Shown one piece after another: positions 1 to 9,307 of a stretch of DNA of 38,586 bases; positions within the stretch are counted from its first letter, which is position 1; every line of letters starts with the position of its first letter. The DNA lies in contig JBAXOY010000015.1 of the NCBI GenBank assembly GCA_037133055.1, positions 1 through 38,586 on the forward strand, read 5' to 3'. The notes beneath the pieces are model-generated. The model worked only from the letters and a program-made list of their open reading frames with translations, was not told the DNA's origin and made no database searches. Source of the DNA: Chlamydiota bacterium (lineage in GTDB: Bacteria; Auribacterota; Tritonobacteria; UBA1439). Position numbers and translations under genes: made by a program.

Positions 1-833
1 TCCATCTGGCATCTCTCGAGCTCGTGCTCGACCTTGACGAGCTCGGCCTTCAGCCGGGCGATGTTTTCCCGAAGCCGTTTCGCCTCTTGTACCGCCATCG
101 CCTCACGGTTCCTCAGACTTGCCAGCCCCCTTTCCCCCTCGCCGAGTGTCGCCGCCTCAGCCGTGGCCGTCTGGAGCTTCTGCATCAGCTCGTCGAGCGG
201 AATCTCCTCCCCGGGGACCTCCCCGGCCTTCGTGAGCGCCAGCTTGCCTTCCAGCCGCTCGATATCCTTGTTGACGAGCGCCCGCTCCTGATACAGAGCG
301 TCCTTCCTCTTCTGCGCTGCGTCGAGGTCATACCCGTCACCGTACAGTTTGAGGAGCGTCTTTACTTGTTGCCGGCGCCCCTCCGGCGTTTTGCAGAGCT
401 CGGCGAATGCCTGAGCGTCGAAAGGCTCGCAACCGGTCTGTTTCCCGACGAGTCTTGAGATGTATTCCTTCGGCGTGGAGTTGCCGAGGTCCGGCGCCGT
501 CACCTTCAGGTAATCGCCCTTCGACGTGACACAGAGCTGCGCCTGGATGTCCCCGAAATCGACGTAGGTCCCCAGCTTCTCCTGGCCGTGGAGTATCGGG
601 TCAGACGGGATGAGGCGGCTATGGAGCGTCATGAACAGGCTGCGGATCGTGTTGCTCTTGCCGGCTCCGTTCTCTCCTCCGATCACGACGACCGGCTTCC
701 CGTCCGGCTTGATAGCCACCATCTTCACGTTCATGGCGTTCTGCACCCGGAACTCATAGACTACCCGCCCGCGCGCACCTGCGGGTTTGAACTCCTGATC
801 CTTCTTTATCGCCTCCGCTTTCACCCTGCTCAT
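1..833 (-). CDS. SMC/Rad50-like (AAA_23-type) ATPase with coiled coil, C-terminus beyond window edge
   Basis: Not in ORF track; hand translation from ATG at 833 (ATGA overlap with the helicase stop) gives MSRVKAEA...VVVIGGENGAGKSNTIRSL (Walker A) then coiled-coil-like sequence, open to the window start. Confidence 0.8.
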   Translation of the reverse strand, partial: MSRVKAEAIKKDQEFKPAGARGRVVYEFRVQNAMNVKMVAIKPDGKPVVVIGGENGAGKSNTIRSLFMTLHSRLIPSDPILHGQEKLGTYVDFGDIQAQLCVTSKGDYLKVTAPDLGNSTPKEYISRLVGKQTGCEPFDAQAFAELCKTPEGRRQQVKTLLKLYGDGYDLDAAQKRKDALYQERALVNKDIERLEGKLALTKAGEVPGEEIPLDELMQKLQTATAEAATLGEGERGLASLRNREAMAVQEAKRLRENIARLKAELVKVEHELERCQM

Positions 834-2587
834 GATTCGCCGCCTCCTTTCGCTTTTTCGTCGGGATTGTCTTCATCCGCTACCTCTGCTATCAGCTCAT
901 CGAAGATGCTCCCGGCAGCCTCCGCCGCCTTCCCATCAAGCACCGCGTCGAGCACCGCCTGCTTCTGTTCGAGGATTCGAGCCATCCGTACCTCGATCGA
1001 GCCGTCGAGTACCAGGTACCAGGCCGTCACTGAGCTGCGGGTCCCGATTCTGTGGCATCGATCTTCTCCCTGGACCATGATTCCCGGCACCCAGTCGAGT
1101 TCCATGAACACCACATCTGAGGCCGCCGTGAGGGTGATCCCCTGTGAAGCCGCGTGGAGTGAACCGATGAAGAGGCGGCATTCAGGATTATTCTGAAACC
1201 GTTCGACCGCACGCTGGCGGTCTTCCACTGAAGTCTCCCCGCGGATCACCGCAGAGCCCTTGAACTGCTTCATGAGCTCGTCGATCACAAACTTGTGGTG
1301 CGCGAATACCACGAGCTTCCCTTGCTCCAGAATGTTCTCGATGAATTCACACGCGGCCCCCATCTTCTCCCTGGCCGCTTCCTGCCTGAGCTTTTCGATC
1401 TCAGAGAGGATCTCCGTGTTCTCCTCGCGCATTCTGACGAGCAGAGAGTCCCTTTGCCGAGTTCGCTCCCTCTCGTCCTTAACCCGCGCGAGATCCCTTT
1501 GCTCCGCCCGGCGCCGCGCCACAATGCCCTTGAGCCGCCGCGTAAAATCGGCCTCGCCCCTGAGCCCGCAGCCGTCTCCGATGGGCACTATAACTCTCCG
1601 CTTCGCCGGTAGTTCGGCCATGACGTCTTTTTTCAGGCGTCTCACGAAACACGTTTCACGCATGAGACTGTTCATTTCGTCTAGGTTGCTGGATCCGTCC
1701 ACCTGCCACACCTCCCTATCCCTTCCGATCTTTTGTTTGTGCCCATTGCAAAAGCGCGTCACATAGTCGAACCAGGACCGGAATGTTTTCGGTGCAAGCA
1801 GGCGCAGCGTAGTCCATGCCTCAATAGGCTTGTTGAGGATAGGAGTTCCGCTGAGGCATAGAACGTGCTGGATACCATCGCAGACCCGCAGGACCGCCTT
1901 CGTTCTGATCGTCTTCTGGGCCTTCAGGTAGTGGGACTCGTCGAGTATCACCACTCGCACTCCGATGGCTCGGAACGCCTCTTCATGTTTGTGGACCAGG
2001 TCGTAGTTGATCACGTAGAGGTCGTGCCCGGGAGTGGGCGCGTCTTTACCGTCCTTCACCACGTCGATCGTCCCACGTGGCGTCATGAGCCAGCGGCGAG
2101 CCTCTGAGTACCACTGGAGCTTCATCGAGGCCGGGCAGATCACTACTGCAGGCCGCAGCTCAGGATGAAGATTGAGCCAGCCGAGCGCCTGGATCGTCTT
2201 CCCAAGCCCGCACTCATCGGCCACCAGCGTCCTGCCCTTTGTGTTTTCGATATACTCGATCCCCGCGACCTGGAATGACAGGTATTCGAGCCCTTCCGGG
2301 CATGGGACGGTGAGCGTCGACACGGCCTTCACTGATGCCTCTGCCCTTCCCTCTCGCGACTGCTTCTCCTTCTTTTCCATCTCGACCAGGGGGCCGAAGT
2401 CGCCGTCATCACCGTTGATCCCCTTGTCCTCCGCGAGCCAGCCCGGAACCGCAGCGCTCATCATCCTGCCCTCTTTGCGGACCGGAGCGATCTGCGACTT
2501 CGGCCACCAGATCTCTCGGCCGTCGGCATGTCTGAGCAGGAATGCCTTCGCGGTTTCCTTCTCCACGATCCCGGCGACGGTTCTCAT
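830..2587 (-). CDS. SNF2-family (SMARCAL1/HARP-like) helicase/ATPase
   Basis: ADECGLGKT, LDESH, LSGTP, RRLKKDV, QGITLTAA, QGEDRCHRIG motifs. Confidence 0.92.
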   Translation of the reverse strand: MRTVAGIVEKETAKAFLLRHADGREIWWPKSQIAPVRKEGRMMSAAVPGWLAEDKGINGDDGDFGPLVEMEKKEKQSREGRAEASVKAVSTLTVPCPEGLEYLSFQVAGIEYIENTKGRTLVADECGLGKTIQALGWLNLHPELRPAVVICPASMKLQWYSEARRWLMTPRGTIDVVKDGKDAPTPGHDLYVINYDLVHKHEEAFRAIGVRVVILDESHYLKAQKTIRTKAVLRVCDGIQHVLCLSGTPILNKPIEAWTTLRLLAPKTFRSWFDYVTRFCNGHKQKIGRDREVWQVDGSSNLDEMNSLMRETCFVRRLKKDVMAELPAKRRVIVPIGDGCGLRGEADFTRRLKGIVARRRAEQRDLARVKDERERTRQRDSLLVRMREENTEILSEIEKLRQEAAREKMGAACEFIENILEQGKLVVFAHHKFVIDELMKQFKGSAVIRGETSVEDRQRAVERFQNNPECRLFIGSLHAASQGITLTAASDVVFMELDWVPGIMVQGEDRCHRIGTRSSVTAWYLVLDGSIEVRMARILEQKQAVLDAVLDGKAAEAAGSIFDELIAEVADEDNPDEKAKGGGES

Positions 2588-2784
2588 AACACAGTCAGCG
2601 CCTCATCGAGGATGCCTTTGTCCACCAGCCGGCGCTCCGGGATCCGTAACTCGCTCTTCCCGCGGTCGATCACGGCCACCCTGTGCTTTACCGGCCCCCC
2701 CTGCCCGAGTACGTCGACCACGCGGCCCCGGGTGAACCTGATCTCTCCTGTCTTCGGATCGAGGTAGCGGATGATGCCGTTCAC
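2584..2784 (-). CDS. small hypothetical phage protein
   Basis: 66 aa ORF with 4-bp overlaps to both neighbours. Confidence 0.65.
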   Translation of the reverse strand: MNGIIRYLDPKTGEIRFTRGRVVDVLGQGGPVKHRVAVIDRGKSELRIPERRLVDKGILDEALTVL

Positions 2785-3059
2785 TTCGTAGCTCCTCCAG
2801 CCGCATCGCCGCCAGTGCCGGCCTGCACCGCCTCGGGAGGTGGACCCTCCTCGGCCATCCAGACTTTCGCCTCTTCGATCGCCTCATCGCGGCATTCGGT
2901 ACAGTATTTGCCACCGTTGCCGATGAAACAGAACTCCCCGCCCTTCTCGATCTCCTCCCCGCAGCCCTCGCATTCAAAATCCCACCGGGCCTCAAGCATC
3001 TTCTTGTGCACCAGCACACCGATCAGATCTTCAAGCAGTGTCACGCGGTCCATCGTCAT
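2781..3059 (-). CDS. small Zn-finger protein
   Basis: CEGC...CTEC pairs; ATG at 3059 overlaps the upstream stop (ATGA). Confidence 0.65.
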   Translation of the reverse strand: MTMDRVTLLEDLIGVLVHKKMLEARWDFECEGCGEEIEKGGEFCFIGNGGKYCTECRDEAIEEAKVWMAEEGPPPEAVQAGTGGDAAGGATK

Positions 3060-3526
3060 TCCCTTCCGTTCAGTATCTCGACTATCGCCCTGGCACATTT
3101 CCGGGGACCTTCGGCGAGCGCTCTATCCGTCAGCTCGTATGTCATTATCCCTCTCCGCCTCATTGCATCCGCTCCCGCTCTCCCCTTGTCCGTACATAGC
3201 ACCGCCAGACTGAACCCCCTATTGCCGCTTACCCAGAAGTCAGCCGTCTGGCCCGCTACGCTTGCCCGATGCCTGAATGAGAGCCCCTCGTCACTCATCG
3301 CCATCGCCAGGGCGCTCTCCGCCTGCATGTATGGCTCCTGTAGTTTCAGCCCCGAGCAGGTCCGCACCTGAAACTTCAACGACCTGATCACGTTGCCCGC
3401 CGTCACCCATCTCTGCACCGCCTTTTCCCGCATCGGTCTTGCGTAGGCGTCTATTACCCGGCGCGCATCGTCCCTGCTCAGGCCCTGGCATAAGGCTGAC
3501 AACCTTCCCTTCTCCTCCGGGTTCAT
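3056..3526 (-). CDS. hypothetical protein, possibly degenerate DUF559/Vsr-like nuclease fold
   Basis: AESALAMAM...F...ADFWV...LAV...MRRRGIMTYEL resembles the DUF559 layout; ATG at 3526 follows a purine-rich RBS-like stretch. Confidence 0.5.
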   Translation of the reverse strand: MNPEEKGRLSALCQGLSRDDARRVIDAYARPMREKAVQRWVTAGNVIRSLKFQVRTCSGLKLQEPYMQAESALAMAMSDEGLSFRHRASVAGQTADFWVSGNRGFSLAVLCTDKGRAGADAMRRRGIMTYELTDRALAEGPRKCARAIVEILNGRE

Positions 3527-4478
3527 GCGTAACTCTTTCCTCCTTCGCGCGCATCCTCCGTTTCGTCTCCTCGCGAACTTTCTCCGCCGCACGGTCGCTC
3601 TTCTCCTTCGCGGCCCGGTTCGCTTCGTACTCCGCCCGCCGCTTCTCTGCGCTCCACAGCCGAAGCGTCTGCTGGCGTTTCTTCCCCATGCCGCGGATAA
3701 CGGCCTTCGCGTAATTCGAGTTGGGGATACCTCGGTCGACGGTCTCAGTGAGTCCGGTTTTGAATTCGGCGGGATAATCACGCTTGAGCTGGTGGAGCTC
3801 ATTCACGAGGCGCATCCGGACGGTGGCGGCTATCCTGCCCGTTTTCCGCTCAGAGGCCGCGAGGGAAAGGAACTCGCCCACGAGGGTTTTCTCGTCCTTG
3901 TCGAATCCGGTCATGAGCGCGTTTATCTGCGCGTCAAAATCTGGATTTTCGACCATACTATCTTTTCTTTCCTTTCCTCTCCTATCCTCTCCTGTACTAT
4001 CCTTTCCTTTCCTATGTCCTTTAAGAGGGTTCCGTAAGGGTTTCTCAAGGGTTCCATCGGAAGGGTTCCGATAGGGTTCCATTACCCTTTCAAATGCTAT
4101 GCGTATCAGCTTGGTAGCCTCCATTACTATCGGCAGAGGGTCGAGGGAGCCGAGATACGCGAGGGCGCCCTTCAACTGATTCACGTTGACGAGCTGGTCG
4201 ATGACACAACGGGTGTCGAGCAGGAGCGCGTTCTCGTAGTCGTAATTGACTATCCCCGCGTCTGTAAGCTCCTTGAAAGCCTTTTCGAACTGCTCCCGGT
4301 CCGTGACGTGCGAGCCGCTCATTATGTCCGTGAGGAGCGCATGGTAGAGGCCACTGCTACATGCCCCGTCGGTGCGCTGGTTTGTGTATACCCAGTGATA
4401 GATATGCGCGGCGGTCGGAGACAGATCGGCCCACCATCTTTGGGACCATATATTCGTCTGTGTCACCCTGAAGCTCAT
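3291..4478 (-). CDS. phage replication initiator (replisome organiser-like)
   Basis: N-terminal wHTH-like region, central KGKDSTGEDRRGKERKD linker typical of phage initiators, internal iterons. Confidence 0.7.
   Translation of the reverse strand: MSFRVTQTNIWSQRWWADLSPTAAHIYHWVYTNQRTDGACSSGLYHALLTDIMSGSHVTDREQFEKAFKELTDAGIVNYDYENALLLDTRCVIDQLVNVNQLKGALAYLGSLDPLPIVMEATKLIRIAFERVMEPYRNPSDGTLEKPLRNPLKGHRKGKDSTGEDRRGKERKDSMVENPDFDAQINALMTGFDKDEKTLVGEFLSLAASERKTGRIAATVRMRLVNELHQLKRDYPAEFKTGLTETVDRGIPNSNYAKAVIRGMGKKRQQTLRLWSAEKRRAEYEANRAAKEKSDRAAEKVREETKRRMRAKEERVTHEPGGEGKVVSLMPGPEQGRCAPGNRRLRKTDAGKGGAEMGDGGQRDQVVEVSGADLLGAETTGAIHAGGERPGDGDE
3960..4080. repeat. putative replication origin: five AGGGTT(C/T)C iterons plus 5-bp pyrimidine repeats
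   Basis: Octamers start at 4026, 4037, 4048, 4062, 4073 (spacing 11, 11, 14, 11); adjacent CCTTT/CCTCT/CCTAT tract at ~3960-4020. Confidence 0.7.
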
Positions 4479-4849
4479 AACAGCACCATCTCCATCTGCT
4501 CCTCCGGCCCGTCAGATAGCACGCCACACCTACAGGCTGTCTCGAGGACCCCCTTGCGCCTATTGAATATTTCGATGCTCAAGTGGTAGAGGTTATCCGC
4601 GTATTCCTGGACGAGCTCCGGATCCTGGCTGACATAGAATCCCTTGCCGGAACCGACCACCGGGAGCGGGCATGACCCGTTGATAGTCATATCGCGGATG
4701 ATGTCCCGAACCTTTCGTGATCGCACGTAGCCCGCTACTGGGAATATCGCCTTGGAAATAGCCGTTGCTGTAATCGGCTTTTTGGGATCACGGTGAACCG
4801 ACAACGCGTCCCAGATAGCGCGTCCTTTCAGAATGTCTTTTTCATTCAT
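4475..4849 (-). CDS. putative winged-helix DNA-binding protein
   Basis: PITATAISK...SRKVRDIIRDM...PVVGSGKGFY pattern; start uncertain (4849 or 4918). Confidence 0.6.
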   Translation of the reverse strand: MNEKDILKGRAIWDALSVHRDPKKPITATAISKAIFPVAGYVRSRKVRDIIRDMTINGSCPLPVVGSGKGFYVSQDPELVQEYADNLYHLSIEIFNRRKGVLETACRCGVLSDGPEEQMEMVLL

Positions 4850-4987
4850 GGAGATTACTCCGCTATCGCCCAGGCTGTTCTGGCCCCGCATGGCGTCCCA
4901 AGATGCCCTATATCGCACGTTCGTCAGCGTTCAGTCTCTCCACCTTCGGATCTCCTCAATCTTCGAATATAGGCCGAACAGGCTCGC

Positions 4988-5212
4988 CTATTCGCCAGCC
5001 GCGCGCTTCGCGCCTTTGTCCTTGCCGCCGGCTGCCCTCATAAATCCCATTTCTACCTGATCCGTTCTCTCCCGGGCGACATCAAGGAGCTTCTGATCCA
5101 GCTGATTGAGCTCCTCGTTGAATTCCTTGTTGGACTCGGCTTTCTCGTTCTTCACGCTCTCGATCTTCAGGACAAGCTCGGTCATCTCATCGCACTTTTC
5201 CAGCGTATTCAT
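4988..5212 (-). CDS. small coiled-coil hypothetical protein
   Basis: 74 aa, E/K-rich heptads; start overlaps the upstream stop. Confidence 0.65.
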   Translation of the reverse strand: MNTLEKCDEMTELVLKIESVKNEKAESNKEFNEELNQLDQKLLDVARERTDQVEMGFMRAAGGKDKGAKRAAGE

Positions 5213-5586
5213 TCCTTATTTCCCCCCTTATCTCTCCACCAGCTCGTCACGCCTCGCTTCACATACCCTTTGCTGTGCGCCGATCGCCGCGCCTTCTTCT
5301 CCCCTACCCTGCCGGCTATGCGCTTTACCAGCGGGACGTTGACCGGTTCTGCGTTGCCCGTATGCCTCGGGATAAACGTCCTCCCTCCGCACTTCACGCA
5401 TTGCCATACTTCCCCGGGGACGACCGTCTTGAACTCGCGTCCGCCGCAAATTGCGCCCTCTGGCTCCCCGGCGTTAACGCAGATCCATGGCGCTCCCTCA
5501 CGCTGCCCTTTTCTCTCTGCTTCCTTTCCCAGCCAGAGCTGGTTCGGCTGCGGGAGCTGCGAACTTACTACCGTCTGCTGCATCAT
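5209..5586 (-). CDS. hypothetical Zn-ribbon protein
   Basis: WICVN...ICGG...WQCVKCGG; start uncertain. Confidence 0.55.
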   Translation of the reverse strand: MMQQTVVSSQLPQPNQLWLGKEAERKGQREGAPWICVNAGEPEGAICGGREFKTVVPGEVWQCVKCGGRTFIPRHTGNAEPVNVPLVKRIAGRVGEKKARRSAHSKGYVKRGVTSWWRDKGGNKE

Positions 5587-6694
5587 CGTCTTTTTCCTCG
5601 AATCCGAACTCGCTACCGATCTTGATGCTGACAGCGGCATCCAGGATCGCCGCGTACCGCTCCTTGCCGAGCTTTTTCTGGAGTCCCGTGAGCGGTATTG
5701 ATATGCACGAGTCCAGGGCGTCGGCGGCGTTCGTCCGAAGCCATTCGAGGGCCTTCGGGGTGTCCATATCCTTCTTCTCCTTCGGGTGGTAACCGACGGT
5801 GCCGGAGCCAATGTCCACGGGTCCGCCCTCTTCCGCGTATACCGAGAGCGACTTCTTCAGCCGCTTGAGCTCTTCCGAGAGCTGCACGAAGCGCTTGGAA
5901 GCCTCGACTGCGTTCTCTGCGTTCACTTCCGCGTAGGGATTGTCCTTCAGGGGGCAGTGCGTCGAGAGGAGCCCGCAGAAGGCGCACTGATCGGAGGGGA
6001 CCGGGGGGAACTTTGTGAGCTTTTCTGTCCGGTCTATCTTCCGCATGATCTGTTCCTGGAACCGGTCGACGTCGGCCCTCTTGAACCTGACCTCGCGGAT
6101 CGCGCAGTTGTATCGCGGGAAGATGAGCCGCACGATGATCTCCTCGGACTTCTTGAACATGATGCGGAACCCGGCCCATGCGTAGGTCCTGAGTTGAGGC
6201 ATCCGCTCGACATCGGTCTGGCTGGGGAGGTTGAACTGAGTCTTATAGTCAATTATGACCGGCGGAGTAGCGCCCGTAGGGTCTTCGTCCACGCGGTCAA
6301 TCTTCACGCGGAAAAAGCCTGTCTTGTCCCACCAGTCGCACTTAGAGAAGTCCTCTTTGAACGCGAGCTCGTACTCATTCGACTTGATTACGTTCGAGTC
6401 GACGATGGTGTTCCGGGCGAGATTCTCGAACATCTCGGCGGACCCGGAATCGTCCATGAGCTTCGCCTTCTCGCACGCCTGCTCCCATATCCAGGGGATA
6501 GCCGACAGGTCGGACGCCTGCTTCGTCTTGAGGCAGTGGTCAACGTAGAGTTGTTGCGCCTCGTGGACTGCGATTCCGTCTTTCGGCTCTTTCTTGGGTA
6601 TGGGATTCTTGTCCAGGTACTGCCACTTGAACAGGAAGGGGCAGCTTGCGACCTTGAGCTTGCTGTGCGAATACGGGGCGTATTTGTAGCTCAT
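5498..6694 (-). CDS. PD-(D/E)XK (RecB/Cas4-like) nuclease
   Basis: SHSKL...CP, E-L-A, KIDRVD, IIDYKT, QLRTY, and C-terminal CAFC...HCP; GGAG RBS before ATG 6694. Confidence 0.88.
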   Translation of the reverse strand: MSYKYAPYSHSKLKVASCPFLFKWQYLDKNPIPKKEPKDGIAVHEAQQLYVDHCLKTKQASDLSAIPWIWEQACEKAKLMDDSGSAEMFENLARNTIVDSNVIKSNEYELAFKEDFSKCDWWDKTGFFRVKIDRVDEDPTGATPPVIIDYKTQFNLPSQTDVERMPQLRTYAWAGFRIMFKKSEEIIVRLIFPRYNCAIREVRFKRADVDRFQEQIMRKIDRTEKLTKFPPVPSDQCAFCGLLSTHCPLKDNPYAEVNAENAVEASKRFVQLSEELKRLKKSLSVYAEEGGPVDIGSGTVGYHPKEKKDMDTPKALEWLRTNAADALDSCISIPLTGLQKKLGKERYAAILDAAVSIKIGSEFGFEEKDDDAADGSKFAAPAAEPALAGKGSREKRAA

Positions 6695-6719
6695 CGTGTT
6701 CTCCTTTCGTTTATCTCTA

Positions 6720-6902
6720 CTACGCGACACCGCAGACAGCCATTGCCGTGGCTCCAGTCGCGTCCGTGTACACCGTTCCGCACCCACGGCACATGCAGCG
6801 CCTGGTACCGTCGGGGAACGCCTTCACCACGTCAACCTTGCCCCAATCCCCGCAGGCCGCGCACTTCGTCCTCTTATCTACAGCCGCCACTGTAGACGCC
6901 AT
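6720..6902 (-). CDS. small Zn-ribbon protein
   Basis: CAAC...CRGC, 60 aa. Confidence 0.6.
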   Translation of the reverse strand: MASTVAAVDKRTKCAACGDWGKVDVVKAFPDGTRRCMCRGCGTVYTDATGATAMAVCGVA

Positions 6903-6924
6903 GCTTACATCCCCCTTTCCTGTT

Positions 6925-8397
6925 TTACTTCCTCCACGGAAGCTCTTCCTGCGCCGCCGCAGGCTTCCGCGTCTCGTTCTTGCCGTTGGTCTGCCGGGGA
7001 GGGGCCGCAGGTTCATGGGTGGCTACCGCCGGCGCCGTCCCCTTGTCGTGGAGGTCCTTTACCACCCGCCACACGACGATTACCTCCGGAGCTTTGAGGT
7101 CCTTCGCGGTTTCCGCTTTCAGCCCGAGATCCTTGACGATGCGGGAGAACCATCCGTCGGCTTCCTCCCTGTCCTCCTTGCAGAGGTCCAGGAGCATCTG
7201 GTCGATCCCCTTCCGCATGATCTCAATGTCCTGTAGCGAGTAGGACCGCTGTGGGCCTTTCCCACTTCCGGGCTCTCCGTTCCATCCAGCCCTGGCGTGG
7301 GCTCCGTTCCCGTTCCCCCTCTTGCGATCTTCCGCAGCAATCTGCTTGTCCACTTCGCGATTGAGGTATTCAAGGAACTGTTTGTCGGTCGGGAACGTTT
7401 TGCGGCGAAACTCCGCCTGTCCCTCAGTCCATCCGAGGATCTTGATTGCATCACTGATCCGTTTTTCAGTCTCCGGGTCCTCCTCGGGCTGCTCCGCAGG
7501 GGCGCCGGCGTCTCCATCCGTATCTGGCTCGTCTGTGGGGGCCTGCGTAGTGCCGCCCTCGATCTGGCGGGAGGCCGGGATGAGGTCTTCTTCGATCTCC
7601 TCCTCGATCGGACGGGCTGTAATTACAGCGGGGACAACACGTCTAGCGGTAATCTCCGCTGCTTTCTCTTTCATCTGATCGAGACTATAGGGCATCTCCA
7701 CTTGAAGGCAGTAGTGGACCGACTTCTTGCCCTCATATCTGGTTTCTGTCGCGACTCGTTTCAGTTTTAGGGGAATACACGCAACTCTAGGCAGCCCGGT
7801 GGCGGCCCTCATGAGTGCCCTGATATACCCCATCATCTGGCCTTTTTTCTTATCCTCATCGGCAAAGGCACTGTTGAGGTCGACGATGCTGTTGAAGCTC
7901 CCCGTATCGATCTGGTAGACGCCCCCCATAGTCACGGATGGGATTAGGAAGCGGAAGATACCGGTCCGGCGGCACCCGTGTGTTACGCCAAATGCGCAAG
8001 GGGTAGAGCATCCCTTGTCGGGAGATTTACAGACAACCTCAATACGCCCGCGATCTTTTTCTCCTCCCTCGGCCAAGGTATCCGTTTTCTCAACCTTCTT
8101 CTCGTCCCGCATGGCGGTCTCCCCATCGCCAATACAGATAAGAGACGCGCCACTTCCATAAAGTTTGAAAGCCTGCGGTAGAAATTGGGCTGTATCCTCT
8201 ACTGGAATCATGATGTCGAGTACCTTCGGCTTCGCCCCGACAATTGCCTCCACTTCGGGCGGAACTACGAAGTAGTCGACTTCCTTCGGGTACTCTGTGC
8301 CCTTCTGATTTTTCGTTCTGATCCCAAGGCGGATCTTGCCAACCCGGGGGAGTCGCCTAATCTCAGACAACCCCTTGATCGTTGAAAATGTTTTCAT
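6925..8397 (-). CDS. Gp3-like recombination (directionality-factor family) protein
   Basis: RRLPRVGKIRLG...YPKEVDYF...CIGDGETA...GVYQIDTGSFNSI resembles the phiC31/phiBT1 gp3-like family as I recall it; strong GGAGG RBS. Confidence 0.7.
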   Translation of the reverse strand: MKTFSTIKGLSEIRRLPRVGKIRLGIRTKNQKGTEYPKEVDYFVVPPEVEAIVGAKPKVLDIMIPVEDTAQFLPQAFKLYGSGASLICIGDGETAMRDEKKVEKTDTLAEGGEKDRGRIEVVCKSPDKGCSTPCAFGVTHGCRRTGIFRFLIPSVTMGGVYQIDTGSFNSIVDLNSAFADEDKKKGQMMGYIRALMRAATGLPRVACIPLKLKRVATETRYEGKKSVHYCLQVEMPYSLDQMKEKAAEITARRVVPAVITARPIEEEIEEDLIPASRQIEGGTTQAPTDEPDTDGDAGAPAEQPEEDPETEKRISDAIKILGWTEGQAEFRRKTFPTDKQFLEYLNREVDKQIAAEDRKRGNGNGAHARAGWNGEPGSGKGPQRSYSLQDIEIMRKGIDQMLLDLCKEDREEADGWFSRIVKDLGLKAETAKDLKAPEVIVVWRVVKDLHDKGTAPAVATHEPAAPPRQTNGKNETRKPAAAQEELPWRK

Positions 8398-8430
8398 GCC
8401 TCCTCCTTTCGTAACCGCATCCGGGAGCCC

Positions 8431-8877
8431 TTACAGCGCCCCCAAGCAGCCCATCCTTGCGCTCACGATCATGTCCTCTGCGGGAATACCACGATCTCCG
8501 TTTTTATCGATCACCCTGCCGGACCGGCCGAAATCATGTTTCACCGCGCGTACCCGGAGGTAGTCGTCAAGGTCCGGCCCCCTGAACTCACCCGCTTCGC
8601 CGTCCTTCATCGGCTTGATTCCGTTCGTCATGGCAACCCCCTTGTCGGGCCCCGTCACGAAGTACCTGTAGAATGGGTCCCCCTGCCGGTGTGCCAGCCA
8701 GCGCTTGCTCCCGGCCTTGCAGCGCTTGTGCCGGAAGAGGCCGTGACCGATGTCCACTCCCTTCTTCCTGCTCACGGGGCTACCACAGATAGGGCATGGA
8801 ACGTGCCCTGTCTTCTTCTCGGGCTCGATTCCTACGGCCTTGTACCGCACCCGTCGCGTCAGGCAGAGGCCGGTCAT
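8431..8877 (-). CDS. hypothetical Zn-binding protein (possibly two fused small genes)
   Basis: CPIC...HKRC; internal RBS-like stretch and ATG near 8631. Confidence 0.5.
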   Translation of the reverse strand: MTGLCLTRRVRYKAVGIEPEKKTGHVPCPICGSPVSRKKGVDIGHGLFRHKRCKAGSKRWLAHRQGDPFYRYFVTGPDKGVAMTNGIKPMKDGEAGEFRGPDLDDYLRVRAVKHDFGRSGRVIDKNGDRGIPAEDMIVSARMGCLGAL

Positions 8878-9143
8878 CGTGCTCTCCTTCCCATACCGAG
8901 CCGGTCCCACTCGGCCGCCTCGACCCACCTCGGTTCCGCGGCCTTCCCGTTCGCCGACGCTACCTTCACCCCCGGATCGTCGCCGTCGTCCATCTTCGCG
9001 AACCCGGCATCGATGAGGGCCTCCGCACGGTTTTCCATCGCCCGGAGCTTCAACTCCGATCGACACCATCCGGCGGCGAACACGGCGATCACCACCGAGC
9101 TCATGATCGCGATGAACCACTCCGACGCTCTCCCGGTCCTCAT
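8874..9143 (-). CDS. small membrane-anchored hypothetical protein
   Basis: One hydrophobic segment (WFIAIMSSVVIAVFAAGW); GGAGG RBS before ATG 9143. Confidence 0.6.
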   Translation of the reverse strand: MRTGRASEWFIAIMSSVVIAVFAAGWCRSELKLRAMENRAEALIDAGFAKMDDGDDPGVKVASANGKAAEPRWVEAAEWDRLGMGRRAR

Positions 9144-9166
9144 ACCGCACCTCCCGCAAATGGAAG

Positions 9167-9307
9167 CCCGCCCAGGCCGAACACCCACTGTCCCTTTCGA
9201 AGGGACTCGGGCACTCGACAAGGGCGAGGATAAGAGCGCGACCTCCTCGGGAGTCTGCAAGTCCGATTGATAGGACATCCCTTTTGGGGAACCACCGAAG
9301 AGGTCGC
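9167..9307 (-). ncRNA. structured RNA in the early transcript (C4/CI antisense-like multi-stem element plus long hairpin)
   Basis: 13-bp stem 9238-9250/9295-9307 enclosing two small hairpins; second long hairpin 9167-9228; G-U pairs form only on the minus strand. Confidence 0.55.

Noticed and set aside
5498..6694. Cas4 as evidence of CRISPR-Cas
   Set aside because: Stand-alone PD-(D/E)XK nuclease within a phage recombination module.
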